This document shows positions 49,106 to 58,274 of a stretch of 64,000 nt of DNA, in pieces (within the stretch, counting starts at the first letter, position 1; each line of letters opens with the position of its first letter). The notes under the pieces are model-generated. The model searched no databases. It saw only the letters and a list, made by a program, of their open reading frames with translations, and was not told the DNA's origin. The translations under genes and the position numbers were made by a program. The stretch covers positions 20,052 to 84,051 of the forward strand of contig CAYRIU010000007.1 in assembly GCA_964424615.1 (NCBI GenBank), read 5' to 3'. The stretch is from an uncultured Gammaproteobacteria bacterium. Lineage in GTDB: Bacteria > Patescibacteriota > Patescibacteriia > UBA1558 > GWA2-36-10.

Positions 49106-52100
49106 TTAATTCTTAGATAGAGTCTGTGAATCAGTTGGTAAAACTTTGACATAGACAGAATCAGCCCAATCAGCTGAAGTACCATCAGAGGCATGAGGAC
49201 TTGCACTTCTATCTGACCAAATAAAGCCAGTTTCATACAATGACAATAAAGTCAAAGTTGTAGAAGTACCAGCTTCAGCAGTAGAAACGCCAGAAGCATT
49301 AATCTTGGTACCGAAAGATTGTGCGGATGCAGCACCAGTTATATCACCCTTCAACACATAAGTTTGTGTTGTACCTTTGGTAATGGTCTGATCGTTGGTT
49401 GTAGTGACAGTAATTGTCTTATTAGCCACGTTTAAATTTGGATAATAAGTATTCAAAGCTGTGGAGTCACCATCTTTGTACAACTTGATAGTACCATTGG
49501 TAATAGTGGTGGCACTGGTAGAAGCATAGGTCCAAGACATCTGTCTCCAGCTCAAATCAGCTACTGCATCAGCAGTGATTGAGAAGCGAGAAATTGTCTG
49601 AGTACCATTGTCTAATAAATTGGTTGGAAGTGCGACCAAGGCAATAGTTGGCTTGGTAGCTCTCACAATCATTACGTTACCAGTGACTGCACTTGGACCA
49701 GAGTAAGTAGTAGATCCAGATAGATCACCAATAGCGCTAAATTTATTAGAATCACTGCCATCAGCAGCAACTAGACTCAATTGAACAGCGTTATTGGCAC
49801 CAGTGATTGAACCACCAGAGAAGGTCGATAAATCAGCTTTGATGCTCAAAACTGCAGTACTGTCTTTATCTACAAACATACCTAAGTTGTAGAATTGAGC
49901 AATACCACTACCATTCAAATAAGCATAGGCAGTATTTGTACCTGTCTTAGTTGGATATTCAACAACCACTCTAGAAACAGGGGCAGTGAAACCACTTGTG
50001 TCATTTTTAACCTGTAGATTATTAATGACAAATGGTTCTTTTGTGGCAGTAAATTCAACTGAATTTACTAATACACCAGTCAAACCAGCCACGATGATAG
50101 TGGCATCTGGTTTGGCACCAGCGCTAGTGGCAGTGACACCGCCAGTAGCGACAGCCATGCTTTGTAAAGTTGTGTAGCTTGAAGTGACTGTTGTATTAGT
50201 GACGGCACTAGTACCATCAGCATTCATAGATAGATTGATAACGGCGCTAGCTAAACCGGATTTGACATCAGCATAGACATCGACCTGTTTGTTTTGACCG
50301 GCATTCAACACTAATCTGCTACCCATACTCAATGTAGTAGTACTGTTGGAAGAAGGCAAGGTTGTCTTGCTAGCCAATTCAGTAGTACCCAACATCAATC
50401 TCAAGTTCTGTAATTCACCAGAAGTAGCGCCAATAATATAAATATTATCAACGGTAACACCTTCTGTTGAACCAGCTGAGATGGTAAATGAAGCTATTTT
50501 AGCGCCAGTAGCTGGAGATGTTAAGTATTGATCACCATAAGCATTGTACTTAGCTGTACTCAAAGCTGAGGTGGTAACACTCAAAGTATTACCTTGGGCA
50601 GCTGGAAGAGTGACAGTTGACAAGGAAACTTGACCTTGTGCATCAGTGCTTGATGTGATGTCAACCTTGACACTACCAGTTGTAATATCAGCACTAGCTA
50701 CTGTTTTAATGTCGGCATAAATGTCGATCATCTTTGAGGTACCAGCTGGGACAATCAAGCTTGAGCCAAAGGTAAATAATGTACCTGCTTCAGCTATATT
50801 CTTTGTTGAACCAACTTGAACGCCATCAAAATAGACCTTACCATTTAACAAACCGCTACCAACAGTGGTAGTTGGGTCAACGGTAAAGCTCTTAATTTTA
50901 ACATCTTCACCATTGGCAGTTACCTTAAAGGTGGCTAATTTAATATTAGTACCTTTGGCAGTTACTGAACCAGAAGCAGAAGAGTTGTCACGAACTAATG
51001 ACAAAGTACCAGACTGTATATCGTATTGACCAGCTGGAGTCAAGGCAGTCCAAGAAGAACCATGTACAAATACATTGTAACCCTTGTCTCTAACTACTAA
51101 ATCGGAAGCGTATTGGACGCTAAATTTGAAGTTTCTGGTTGATCCTTTAATAATATCAGCTTTGACTGAGAAGGTCTTTGATTGACCCTTCAAAATATCA
51201 TAAGCGGAATTTGATAAATCAAAGTATAAAATACCATCAGCATCAAAATCAGCTACAGTGGCTAAAGTAGTGCCACCGACTTGCAATCTGAAATTGTTAA
51301 CATCACCAGTGGCAATGCTACCAATTTTGGTCAAACGCAAACCATGAAGAGCTAAATCTTGATCATTAGCAGCCAAGGTTAATTTGTAAACTTCAAAATC
51401 TTTTTCATCAGCATTAACAGTGACAGTGCCTGATGGAGTACCGTAATTACTGATAGTGGCGTAACCCAAATCAGAAGCTAAGGCGCTAGTCATTAAACTA
51501 CCAACTACAGGCAAAGCACCAGCAACTGATGAAGCGCTAGTAGTCAAAGCAGTCAAGTTAAAACCTAATGTGCGACCAGAAGCAGAAAGCACTGCTAGAT
51601 CAGCCTTTAACCAAACAGTCTTAGTGGCACCGGCTGGAATTGTGATAATACCATTGGCATCACTATCATTGAAGGTTAATACTTTTGTAGAAATAGAACC
51701 ACCATCAACTAACTTGGTGTTACCTTCATACAAATAAGCCTCGGCAATGTCAGCATCAGATGATATACCAGTGCGCTCAAATTTCATTTGAGTAACTTTG
51801 ACACTACCTTCATTAGAGGCGGTCAAATTGACAGCTAAAAATGGCACCATTGATTGGGATCCATTTGTATCATCGGAAATGATAGTAGCTGAAGCTGGAT
51901 TCATAGCTGACATAGAGACAGTCAAGGAACCAGGATTTGTTACTACTGGGGTATCATTTGGCATAAAGTCTTTGATAGCAGACTCAGCGCCAGTGATAGA
52001 TGAACCATCAGAGTAGCCAGTCAAGCTGGTCACAGTGACAGCGTCAGAAGCCATATAGCCATTGGCTGCGTAGGCAGCGTCAGAGGCAAAGGCTCTCTTG

Positions 52101-52651
52101 GTAGTACCATCAATGTAATACATGGTAGTACCCATCTTCACTACAGTACCAGTTGGATACATGGTGGATACATCAGCACCAGTGGTGTTGTAGGAAGCGA
52201 AGAAACCTGGAATCACGTCAACTAAACGTGAGGCCCAGTTGTCACCATATAAAGCTTTGGCGATGGTATCGGTTGGGATCCAGCGAGCCATACCGCCTGG
52301 TTCAATAGCATAAACCTTGGCAGTGTTCATATGAGTGACTAATTTGGTGCCAGGACGGACAGTCACAGCAGCACCATCTGCATACATATCTAGTTCGGCA
52401 ACAGCTACTCTGACAACTTTGTCAAAGTTTGGATACCAAGTAGCATATTCTTTCTGACTTGGAAAGACATGCTTCTTCATATCAGTACCGATCAAGTATA
52501 CAGCAGCGCCTGATTGACCCTTCAAGGCCAACAAGGAGCCGGCTGGGTAGCTACCAGCAGCGTTGGCCACTGGCACAAAAGAAGCGCCAACTGACCATAA
52601 CACAGTGGTAATCACCACGGAGTATACGAATAGTTTTTTTAATAAATTCAT
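49106..52651 (-). CDS. Large secreted Thr/Ser/Ala-rich surface protein (1181 aa)
   Basis: Signal peptide MNLLKKLFVYSVVITTVLWSVGASFVPVANA. Low-complexity beta-rich repeats throughout. TATAAT lies 12 nt upstream of the ATG (plus 52664-52669). Confidence 0.8.
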   Translation of the reverse strand: MNLLKKLFVYSVVITTVLWSVGASFVPVANAAGSYPAGSLLALKGQSGAAVYLIGTDMKKHVFPSQKEYATWYPNFDKVVRVAVAELDMYADGAAVTVRPGTKLVTHMNTAKVYAIEPGGMARWIPTDTIAKALYGDNWASRLVDVIPGFFASYNTTGADVSTMYPTGTVVKMGTTMYYIDGTTKRAFASDAAYAANGYMASDAVTVTSLTGYSDGSSITGAESAIKDFMPNDTPVVTNPGSLTVSMSAMNPASATIISDDTNGSQSMVPFLAVNLTASNEGSVKVTQMKFERTGISSDADIAEAYLYEGNTKLVDGGSISTKVLTFNDSDANGIITIPAGATKTVWLKADLAVLSASGRTLGFNLTALTTSASSVAGALPVVGSLMTSALASDLGYATISNYGTPSGTVTVNADEKDFEVYKLTLAANDQDLALHGLRLTKIGSIATGDVNNFRLQVGGTTLATVADFDADGILYFDLSNSAYDILKGQSKTFSVKADIIKGSTRNFKFSVQYASDLVVRDKGYNVFVHGSSWTALTPAGQYDIQSGTLSLVRDNSSASGSVTAKGTNIKLATFKVTANGEDVKIKSFTVDPTTTVGSGLLNGKVYFDGVQVGSTKNIAEAGTLFTFGSSLIVPAGTSKMIDIYADIKTVASADITTGSVKVDITSSTDAQGQVSLSTVTLPAAQGNTLSVTTSALSTAKYNAYGDQYLTSPATGAKIASFTISAGSTEGVTVDNIYIIGATSGELQNLRLMLGTTELASKTTLPSSNSTTTLSMGSRLVLNAGQNKQVDVYADVKSGLASAVINLSMNADGTSAVTNTTVTSSYTTLQSMAVATGGVTATSAGAKPDATIIVAGLTGVLVNSVEFTATKEPFVINNLQVKNDTSGFTAPVSRVVVEYPTKTGTNTAYAYLNGSGIAQFYNLGMFVDKDSTAVLSIKADLSTFSGGSITGANNAVQLSLVAADGSDSNKFSAIGDLSGSTTYSGPSAVTGNVMIVRATKPTIALVALPTNLLDNGTQTISRFSITADAVADLSWRQMSWTYASTSATTITNGTIKLYKDGDSTALNTYYPNLNVANKTITVTTTNDQTITKGTTQTYVLKGDITGAASAQSFGTKINASGVSTAEAGTSTTLTLLSLYETGFIWSDRSASPHASDGTSADWADSVYVKVLPTDSQTLSKN

Positions 52652-53023
52652 TTTTCTTTGTTAATTATAATGTCCCAAAACTGTTGAAAAAAGTCGTAAG
52701 CAATAGGCATCTCATATGATCAGTATGAGACTAAACTATGAATCAAAGGACTTGTCATAAGACATCGACCTTTCTAATCACAGTGACCATAGGCCCAAGG
52801 CGCAGTCACAATTTTCTCAAATTAAGGAACAGTTATTAAATGCTCTAGATGGCTTTTTATCGCCACAAGAGCTTCCCTAGATCGCGCGCGATTTAGCGAT
52901 AAGTTAGGGACAAATGAATCCATCAATATCTGATAGACCCCTTTGCCCATAACCTATCTTCGACGGACTAAGTCGAGATCGGCTAGACCCAGGATCAATA
53001 CGCTAACTATGTAAAATTACTTA

Positions 53024-54397
53024 TTAGTAAAATTCTTTAGGGGCCACTTCTTCAGGAATACCTTCGTCTTCTTTGATACCTTGTTCAGATATCGCTTCTG
53101 GAGTAGTTGTTTCATCACTAGATTTTATGACTGTGCCAGGTATGGTTGGTTTGGTAGTAGTTGGTACAGGCAAAGTGATCGGCTTGGTGCTGGTACTAGT
53201 GGTAGTGGCATTCACACCATTGATATTGATAGCTTCTATTCTTTTGATCACTTCTTCAGCTTGCTGATAAGTCTCCTTGACCTCAGTGATCTTCTCCATA
53301 CTATCTTTGAGATTACCCTGAGCCAAAAGATCTTTAGCTTGATTGAGGTTGGCCTCCATGATTTCTGGGTGAGACTTCAAAGTATCAATACTTTCTATGG
53401 CCTTAGCATCAGATTCTACGGCTTTGGCAGTGGATGCCTTAGGTAAACTATTAATATCTTTTTTATCAACGCTTTCTACTTTAGTTTTGGCATCAGCTAC
53501 TTCTTTGGATAGGACATTCAATTCTGAGTTCACTATCTTGGTCACTACTTCAGTCACTGCTTTTAGCTCATCACTATTGACCGCGTTAGTGGCGATGACT
53601 GCGGTAGTCTGAGAAGCTGGACCATCAGCTATTGGAGCATCTTTTGTGATGTTAGTCACCACTTCTTCATGGACAGTGATAGCTAAATTGACAGCTGAAT
53701 CTTTGACTTCTTGGTTGACTTTCTTGGCATCGCCCAATGCTTTGGCAATCTCTGTACCTTTGACGGTGGAAACTTTTTGATCAAGATTACTAGCTGTTTC
53801 ATTAGCTACATTAGCTACTTTTTCTACCAAAGCCACTACCTGCACTGGTGTCTTTTCTTCTTTGACTATTTTCAGAGAGTTATCTACTGCTACTACATCC
53901 TTTTCTAGATGACTCACGGCTTGCTTGATGGCCTTCTCGGTTTTTACACTATTGACTTGACTGTCATTATTTTCACTATCTTTCAAAATTTGGTCTATCT
54001 CATCCAAACGTGTATTGATATGTTTGATATGAAGCTCAGTCTTCTTGACTGGACTCAAGGTCAAGGCTAGCTCGGCTTCCTCCAAATTGCGTTTGAGTGG
54101 CCACATAGCATCGCCAGGTACAGTGGACTGTGCGAGTGCTACTAGACTAAAGCCAGAACCAACTGATAATACCAATACGACAGCCACTACCTTGGTCAAA
54201 GATGGCAATAATGTTGAGAAAAAATTAGCAAAAAACAAAGTAAAGCCATCACTAAATGATCGCTTCTGAGATTTTATCAAGCGACTCTGCACTGTCACCT
54301 CAGACATTATAGAATACTTGGTGGCATGAGCCCATTGCTCATCAGGATTGATGCTTGATAATTTTTTTAATTGAGCTAATTGTTTACGAATGCTCAT
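53024..54397 (-). CDS. Putative anti-sigma factor (cytoplasmic N-terminus, single TM, coiled-coil/Ala-Lys-rich extracytoplasmic domain)
   Basis: 457 aa. TM around residues 55-85. Lies immediately downstream of the ECF sigma gene. Confidence 0.5.
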   Translation of the reverse strand: MSIRKQLAQLKKLSSINPDEQWAHATKYSIMSEVTVQSRLIKSQKRSFSDGFTLFFANFFSTLLPSLTKVVAVVLVLSVGSGFSLVALAQSTVPGDAMWPLKRNLEEAELALTLSPVKKTELHIKHINTRLDEIDQILKDSENNDSQVNSVKTEKAIKQAVSHLEKDVVAVDNSLKIVKEEKTPVQVVALVEKVANVANETASNLDQKVSTVKGTEIAKALGDAKKVNQEVKDSAVNLAITVHEEVVTNITKDAPIADGPASQTTAVIATNAVNSDELKAVTEVVTKIVNSELNVLSKEVADAKTKVESVDKKDINSLPKASTAKAVESDAKAIESIDTLKSHPEIMEANLNQAKDLLAQGNLKDSMEKITEVKETYQQAEEVIKRIEAININGVNATTTSTSTKPITLPVPTTTKPTIPGTVIKSSDETTTPEAISEQGIKEDEGIPEEVAPKEFY

Positions 54398-54436
54398 AAT
54401 GTTTATACCAACTTACTTAATATATTAAGTAAATAA

Positions 54437-54991
54437 TTATTTATTGTTATTCAAAGATTTTAATTTATTGAGTGCCCTATGTATCAACACTCTGATATTA
54501 TTTTTATCCTTTTGCATGATCTGAGCTATGTCATCTATAGATAGATCTTCGACATAGCGTAAGATCAAAACTTCTTGATACTCTGGCTTCATCTTTTGTA
54601 ATAAGTCCAGCAGGGATTGTAAATCAATAGACTTATCAATACTGTCAGTCTTTTGATCAGTATATGGATCCTCTGTCTCATCAGCGTACTCGAGTGGCAA
54701 CTCTTGGCGTCTAGACAAGCGATAAAAATCAATAACGGCATTGCGGGCTACTCGAAAGATAAAAGCACCAAAATTTTGAATGTCTTTTTTATCTACCAGA
54801 TGTTGCCAAGTCTTCAAAAATATATCTTGCGTAATATCTTGAGCCACAGCTTTATCGCTGACCCTAATATAGACAAATCGATAAACCCTGGTCATATATT
54901 GGTCATAAAAAAAAGCAAAAGCTTCAGAATCGCCATTTTTCAGCTTTAGCAACTGTATTTTCTCTTGTAAACTATCCTTCAAACTGTACAT
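54437..54991 (-). CDS. ECF-family sigma-70 factor
   Basis: 184 aa. Region 2 (FYDQYMTRVYRFVYIRV...DITQDIFLKTW) and region 4 HTH (QEVLILRYVEDLSIDDIAQIM...IRVLIHRALNKLK). Confidence 0.88.
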   Translation of the reverse strand: MYSLKDSLQEKIQLLKLKNGDSEAFAFFYDQYMTRVYRFVYIRVSDKAVAQDITQDIFLKTWQHLVDKKDIQNFGAFIFRVARNAVIDFYRLSRRQELPLEYADETEDPYTDQKTDSIDKSIDLQSLLDLLQKMKPEYQEVLILRYVEDLSIDDIAQIMQKDKNNIRVLIHRALNKLKSLNNNK

Positions 54992-55169
54992 AAATATAGA
55001 CGGGCTTAATCTAGAAATATTACACCCTAATTAGGCCAATTAGGCCATATTTTACACTATAATGCCCACAAATGTAAATCGTGGTAATATATAGACCACA
55101 TTATACCAGAATTTGCTATGTTTGTAAAGTATCACAAATGGCTTAAAAATTAAGATATATCAGTAAAAA

Positions 55170-55290
55170 CGGCGCGGTGGACTATGAAAATGTCATTGCG
55201 AGGAGTGTAAACGACGAAGCAATCTATAAGCTGGTAGATTGCCACGTCCCGCCGCGCGGGACTCGCAATGACATTAAGACCACCGCGCCG
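55170..55290. repeat. GC-rich 121-nt long imperfect hairpin (11-bp and 11-bp outer stems plus an inner 7-bp hairpin)
   Basis: cggcgcggtgg (55170-80) pairs with ccaccgcgccg (55280-90). gtcattgcgag (55192-202) pairs with ctcgcaatgac (55262-72). Inner gtcccgc-cgc-gcgggac at 55246-62. Confidence 0.6.
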
Positions 55291-55374
55291 TACTGTTAAT
55301 AACCGTCTCTTAAATTGACTATTAATTGATTAAGGTATAGAATAGTGTATACATAAATACTTATTTTAGATCAT

Positions 55375-55665
55375 ATGGAGAATATAATTAGACTATCAGT
55401 ATCAGAGGCTGCCAAACTAATTGGGGTATCATCCAAAACAATCAGGCAGGCTATCAAAGCTGAAGAGCTAACCTACATAGTAGTCAAAGGACGTTATAAA
55501 ATAAGTTTTGCCTCTCTAGTGGAGTGGTCGCAAAAATCAACCAGAAGATACCACCAATTACAAAAACAAGGTGTCGGGCAATTTGTAGACCAATGGAAAA
55601 TACGCAACAAAAAATATAGCCCAAATCCTGAATTGATCAATAAAAAAATACCCCCTCTGTCCTAG
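55375..55665 (+). CDS. Excisionase-family/MerR-like helix-turn-helix DNA-binding protein (HTH_17)
   Basis: 96 aa. LSVSEAAKLIGVSSKTIRQAIKAEELTYIVVKGRYKISFASLVEW matches the excisionase-family HTH. The last 7 codons run into repeat copy B. Confidence 0.7.
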   Translation: MENIIRLSVSEAAKLIGVSSKTIRQAIKAEELTYIVVKGRYKISFASLVEWSQKSTRRYHQLQKQGVGQFVDQWKIRNKKYSPNPELINKKIPPLS

Positions 55666-55707
55666 CGGACATCTCCCCCTAATTTAGGGGGAGAATGAGG
55701 GGGTATT
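55643..55707. repeat. ~65-nt nested-hairpin repeat, copy B (inverted relative to copy A)
   Basis: aaaaaataccccctctgtcctagcggacatctccccctaatttagggggagaatgagggggtatt differs from the reverse complement of copy A at only a handful of positions. Sits between convergent genes. Confidence 0.75.
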
Positions 55708-55708
55708 A

Positions 55709-56794
55709 TTATTTCATCTCCAAGTCCATCTCTTTACCATCACGAACTATCTTGAGAATAATCTTATCACCTAACCTTTAGTTTTGCAGAATAGACGTAA
55801 TAGTTCTATCTTTGGTGACAGAATCATTATTGATAGATAAGATGCGATCTTTAGCTTTGAGACCAGCTCTAGAGCTAGGAGTATTTGGTAAGACTGCTTT
55901 ATTGAGAGTAGCACTATAAACATAATCACCCTTGATCTCGATACCACTGTTGTTTTCTAAGTCAATATAGCTAATACCCCACACTGGTCTTTCGGTGTTG
56001 TCCAATAAGTGTTTGACTGCCTGTTTTAAGTAATCAGCTGGCAAAAGCACAACCTCCTTATTTGGCAACCTATAACCCAAACCAATCAAATCACCCTTGA
56101 GGTTAAAATATGGAGCTGCTGAAACCATATTATCCGTGCTCATGTCAGTCAACTTATAATAATAATCTATACTATCAGTAGACAAATATATACCAGTAGT
56201 AAAGTGAATATTGCCCAACAAAGCTGTGCTAAAAGTATGATTCAAACTATTAGCCAACTCTTTATCAGTAAAAATCCTCTCCCCGGCTTTGACTCCTTCG
56301 GTCAATTGAAAATTGACAGCCAAAAGATTAGAGGCCTTGATTTTTATAAACACCGCGCCAGAAAAAGCATCTTTTTTGATTTCTTCTATGCCAAATACCT
56401 GATCATTAAGCACTACCTTGCTTTGAGTGTTCAATAAAACCTGGTCAGTGGACATCAACCATCCGTCTGAGGTCACTACCACAGCTGAACCAAGATAATC
56501 AGCTCGATCAAATATTGGATTGTCCAAATCAGAAATTGTTTTACTGTTTTTGTATAAGCCAGCAATACTAGCTTCGTATTTGTTTGCTACTGATGTCAGA
56601 GGTTGCTCTAAATTGATCTTGATATCTGGCTGATTGGATAAGAATGATATATTGGAAGGCACGAACCATTTGCCTAGCAAATAGCCACCGAAGCCAGCCA
56701 CCAGACCAAAAATAACCGCCAAAATAGTCAAGCTAAATAATGACTGCGGTCTCTCAGTAGTTGGTCTCACAAAATGTTCTTTTTTTTCTTCCAT
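55709..56794 (-). pseudogene. Membrane-anchored PDZ-domain protein interrupted by an in-frame TAA (reported ORF 55778-56794; the frame continues 22 codons to 55709)
   Basis: After ...DRTITSILQN the codon at plus 55778-55780 is TAA. The same frame continues RLGDKIILKIVRDGKEMDLEMK*, the expected last beta-strands of the PDZ domain. An N-terminal TM is present. Confidence 0.6.
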
Positions 56795-56820
56795 CCCTTT
56801 GAAATTATGTTAATTAATCT

Positions 56821-57549
56821 TTATAAGATAATATATAATGAACTGACTAATAAAAATGTTGTGACTAACAAAATGATAAAAATCGGCCACTTTGCCTTCT
56901 TTTTATCATCAAGTGCTAAAGTCACAAAATAGTAAAACCACAAGGTCACTATAGTACTAGAAACATAAAAACTAACAGGCAAAAAATATACCAACATAAA
57001 AGCCTGAGCAAAGAATATAGCAATTAAGAGCCAAAATGTCCAATGCCACGATTTACTGGCCATCAGATCACGAGTCATAGACATAATAGCCAAAACAACT
57101 AAAATAGCAACATAATAAAAATCTAAATTCAAAAAAATAGTCAAAGAATAAACACTAGACAGTAAAAACCATAAATTGAGTATATACCAATATTTTTTGA
57201 AAGACATGTAGCCCAACTGGTTGGGAGCTAGATAATTTTTGAAATATTTCTTTAGCATCCACCAAGTAAAAGCCCATAAAAAACAAATAACTATGGCTGA
57301 TAAATAACGAGCTAGATTATTTTTTAGCATCAACAAAAAACCCAATTGAGCTAAATAAATAAGTAAAAAATTTGACCACTGCAATTTGTGCTTCCAAAAA
57401 GAATAGCCACTAGTAAAAATAGCCGTCAGTAAAATACTCAGCAATGACAAAATGACCCAAACTAGTAAACCTTTTTGACTATAGAAAAAAACACACCAAG
57501 AAATCAATAAAAAAAGCGGATTCAAAATAAAAACAGTTGATTTAAACAT
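56821..57549 (-). CDS. Hypothetical polytopic membrane protein
   Basis: 242 aa with 7-8 predicted TMs; Trp/Phe-rich. Confidence 0.5.
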   Translation of the reverse strand: MFKSTVFILNPLFLLISWCVFFYSQKGLLVWVILSLLSILLTAIFTSGYSFWKHKLQWSNFLLIYLAQLGFLLMLKNNLARYLSAIVICFLWAFTWWMLKKYFKNYLAPNQLGYMSFKKYWYILNLWFLLSSVYSLTIFLNLDFYYVAILVVLAIMSMTRDLMASKSWHWTFWLLIAIFFAQAFMLVYFLPVSFYVSSTIVTLWFYYFVTLALDDKKKAKWPIFIILLVTTFLLVSSLYIIL

Positions 57550-57961
57550 GATGACTTAATATATTAATAATATCATCTATTTCATCTTTGAGCTCTGGTA
57601 TAGAAATTTTGAGCTCCTCCAAGATACCAATAGCCTTGGTCAAACTAGATAAGTCTCTATTTTCAGTGTACTTTGTCCATAGTGAAAAAGCCATATAAAG
57701 AGGCAAGTGATACTCACCAATAGAACGATCGCTACTCTTGATATTTAATAAAAATTCTTTGGTCTGCTGAATATTTTGTGAGCTAGGATCAGCAATCACT
57801 GCCGTCAATTTTGGACGAACTACTTTCAAATACTGCGCTTTACTACCAATAATGGGTTCTGTAGCAAAAAATTTAAAAAAAATAAAAATTATCAATAACA
57901 AAAGCACTGGAAATCCAAATAGCCAAATATTCTTTTGTCCAATTTTTTTAATTGAAAGCAT
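57542..57961 (-). CDS. Hypothetical protein with N-terminal TM anchor
   Basis: 139 aa. Overlaps its neighbours by 8 and 14 nt (operon). Confidence 0.45.
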   Translation of the reverse strand: MLSIKKIGQKNIWLFGFPVLLLLIIFIFFKFFATEPIIGSKAQYLKVVRPKLTAVIADPSSQNIQQTKEFLLNIKSSDRSIGEYHLPLYMAFSLWTKYTENRDLSSLTKAIGILEELKISIPELKDEIDDIINILSHHV

Positions 57962-58271
57962 TTTGGTTTTCTATTTTTTCCCACTGAGCATTATCATCTG
58001 ACCAAAGAAAAGCATCCAAATGATAAGTGAAATTCTCAGGATCATAAATATACTCTACACTAACACCAGAACCAATGCGATTCGAGTAGGTAGTTTTTTT
58101 ATCCAAAACTTTGGGATTTTTGGCAAAACATAGTTTAATACGGCCCATGGGGCTGGTAAACTCTAAAACCTCTTGACTGCCATCATGATCAAGCTCTTCA
58201 GAATACTCATCTTCTAAATCAAACTTTTGCTTGATCTCTTGTTTTAATTCTAACCACCTCTCAGGTAGCAT
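57948..58271 (-). CDS. Hypothetical protein
   Basis: 107 aa, acidic and soluble. Confidence 0.4.
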   Translation of the reverse strand: MLPERWLELKQEIKQKFDLEDEYSEELDHDGSQEVLEFTSPMGRIKLCFAKNPKVLDKKTTYSNRIGSGVSVEYIYDPENFTYHLDAFLWSDDNAQWEKIENQNAFN

Positions 58272-58274
58272 ATA

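Noticed and set aside
52670-53023. RNase P RNA or SRP RNA in the 350-nt non-coding gap
   Set aside because: Universally conserved motifs (AGGAAAGUCCGG / ACAGAAA for RNase P; GGUGCUGUUU...AGCAGCC for SRP) are absent on both strands.
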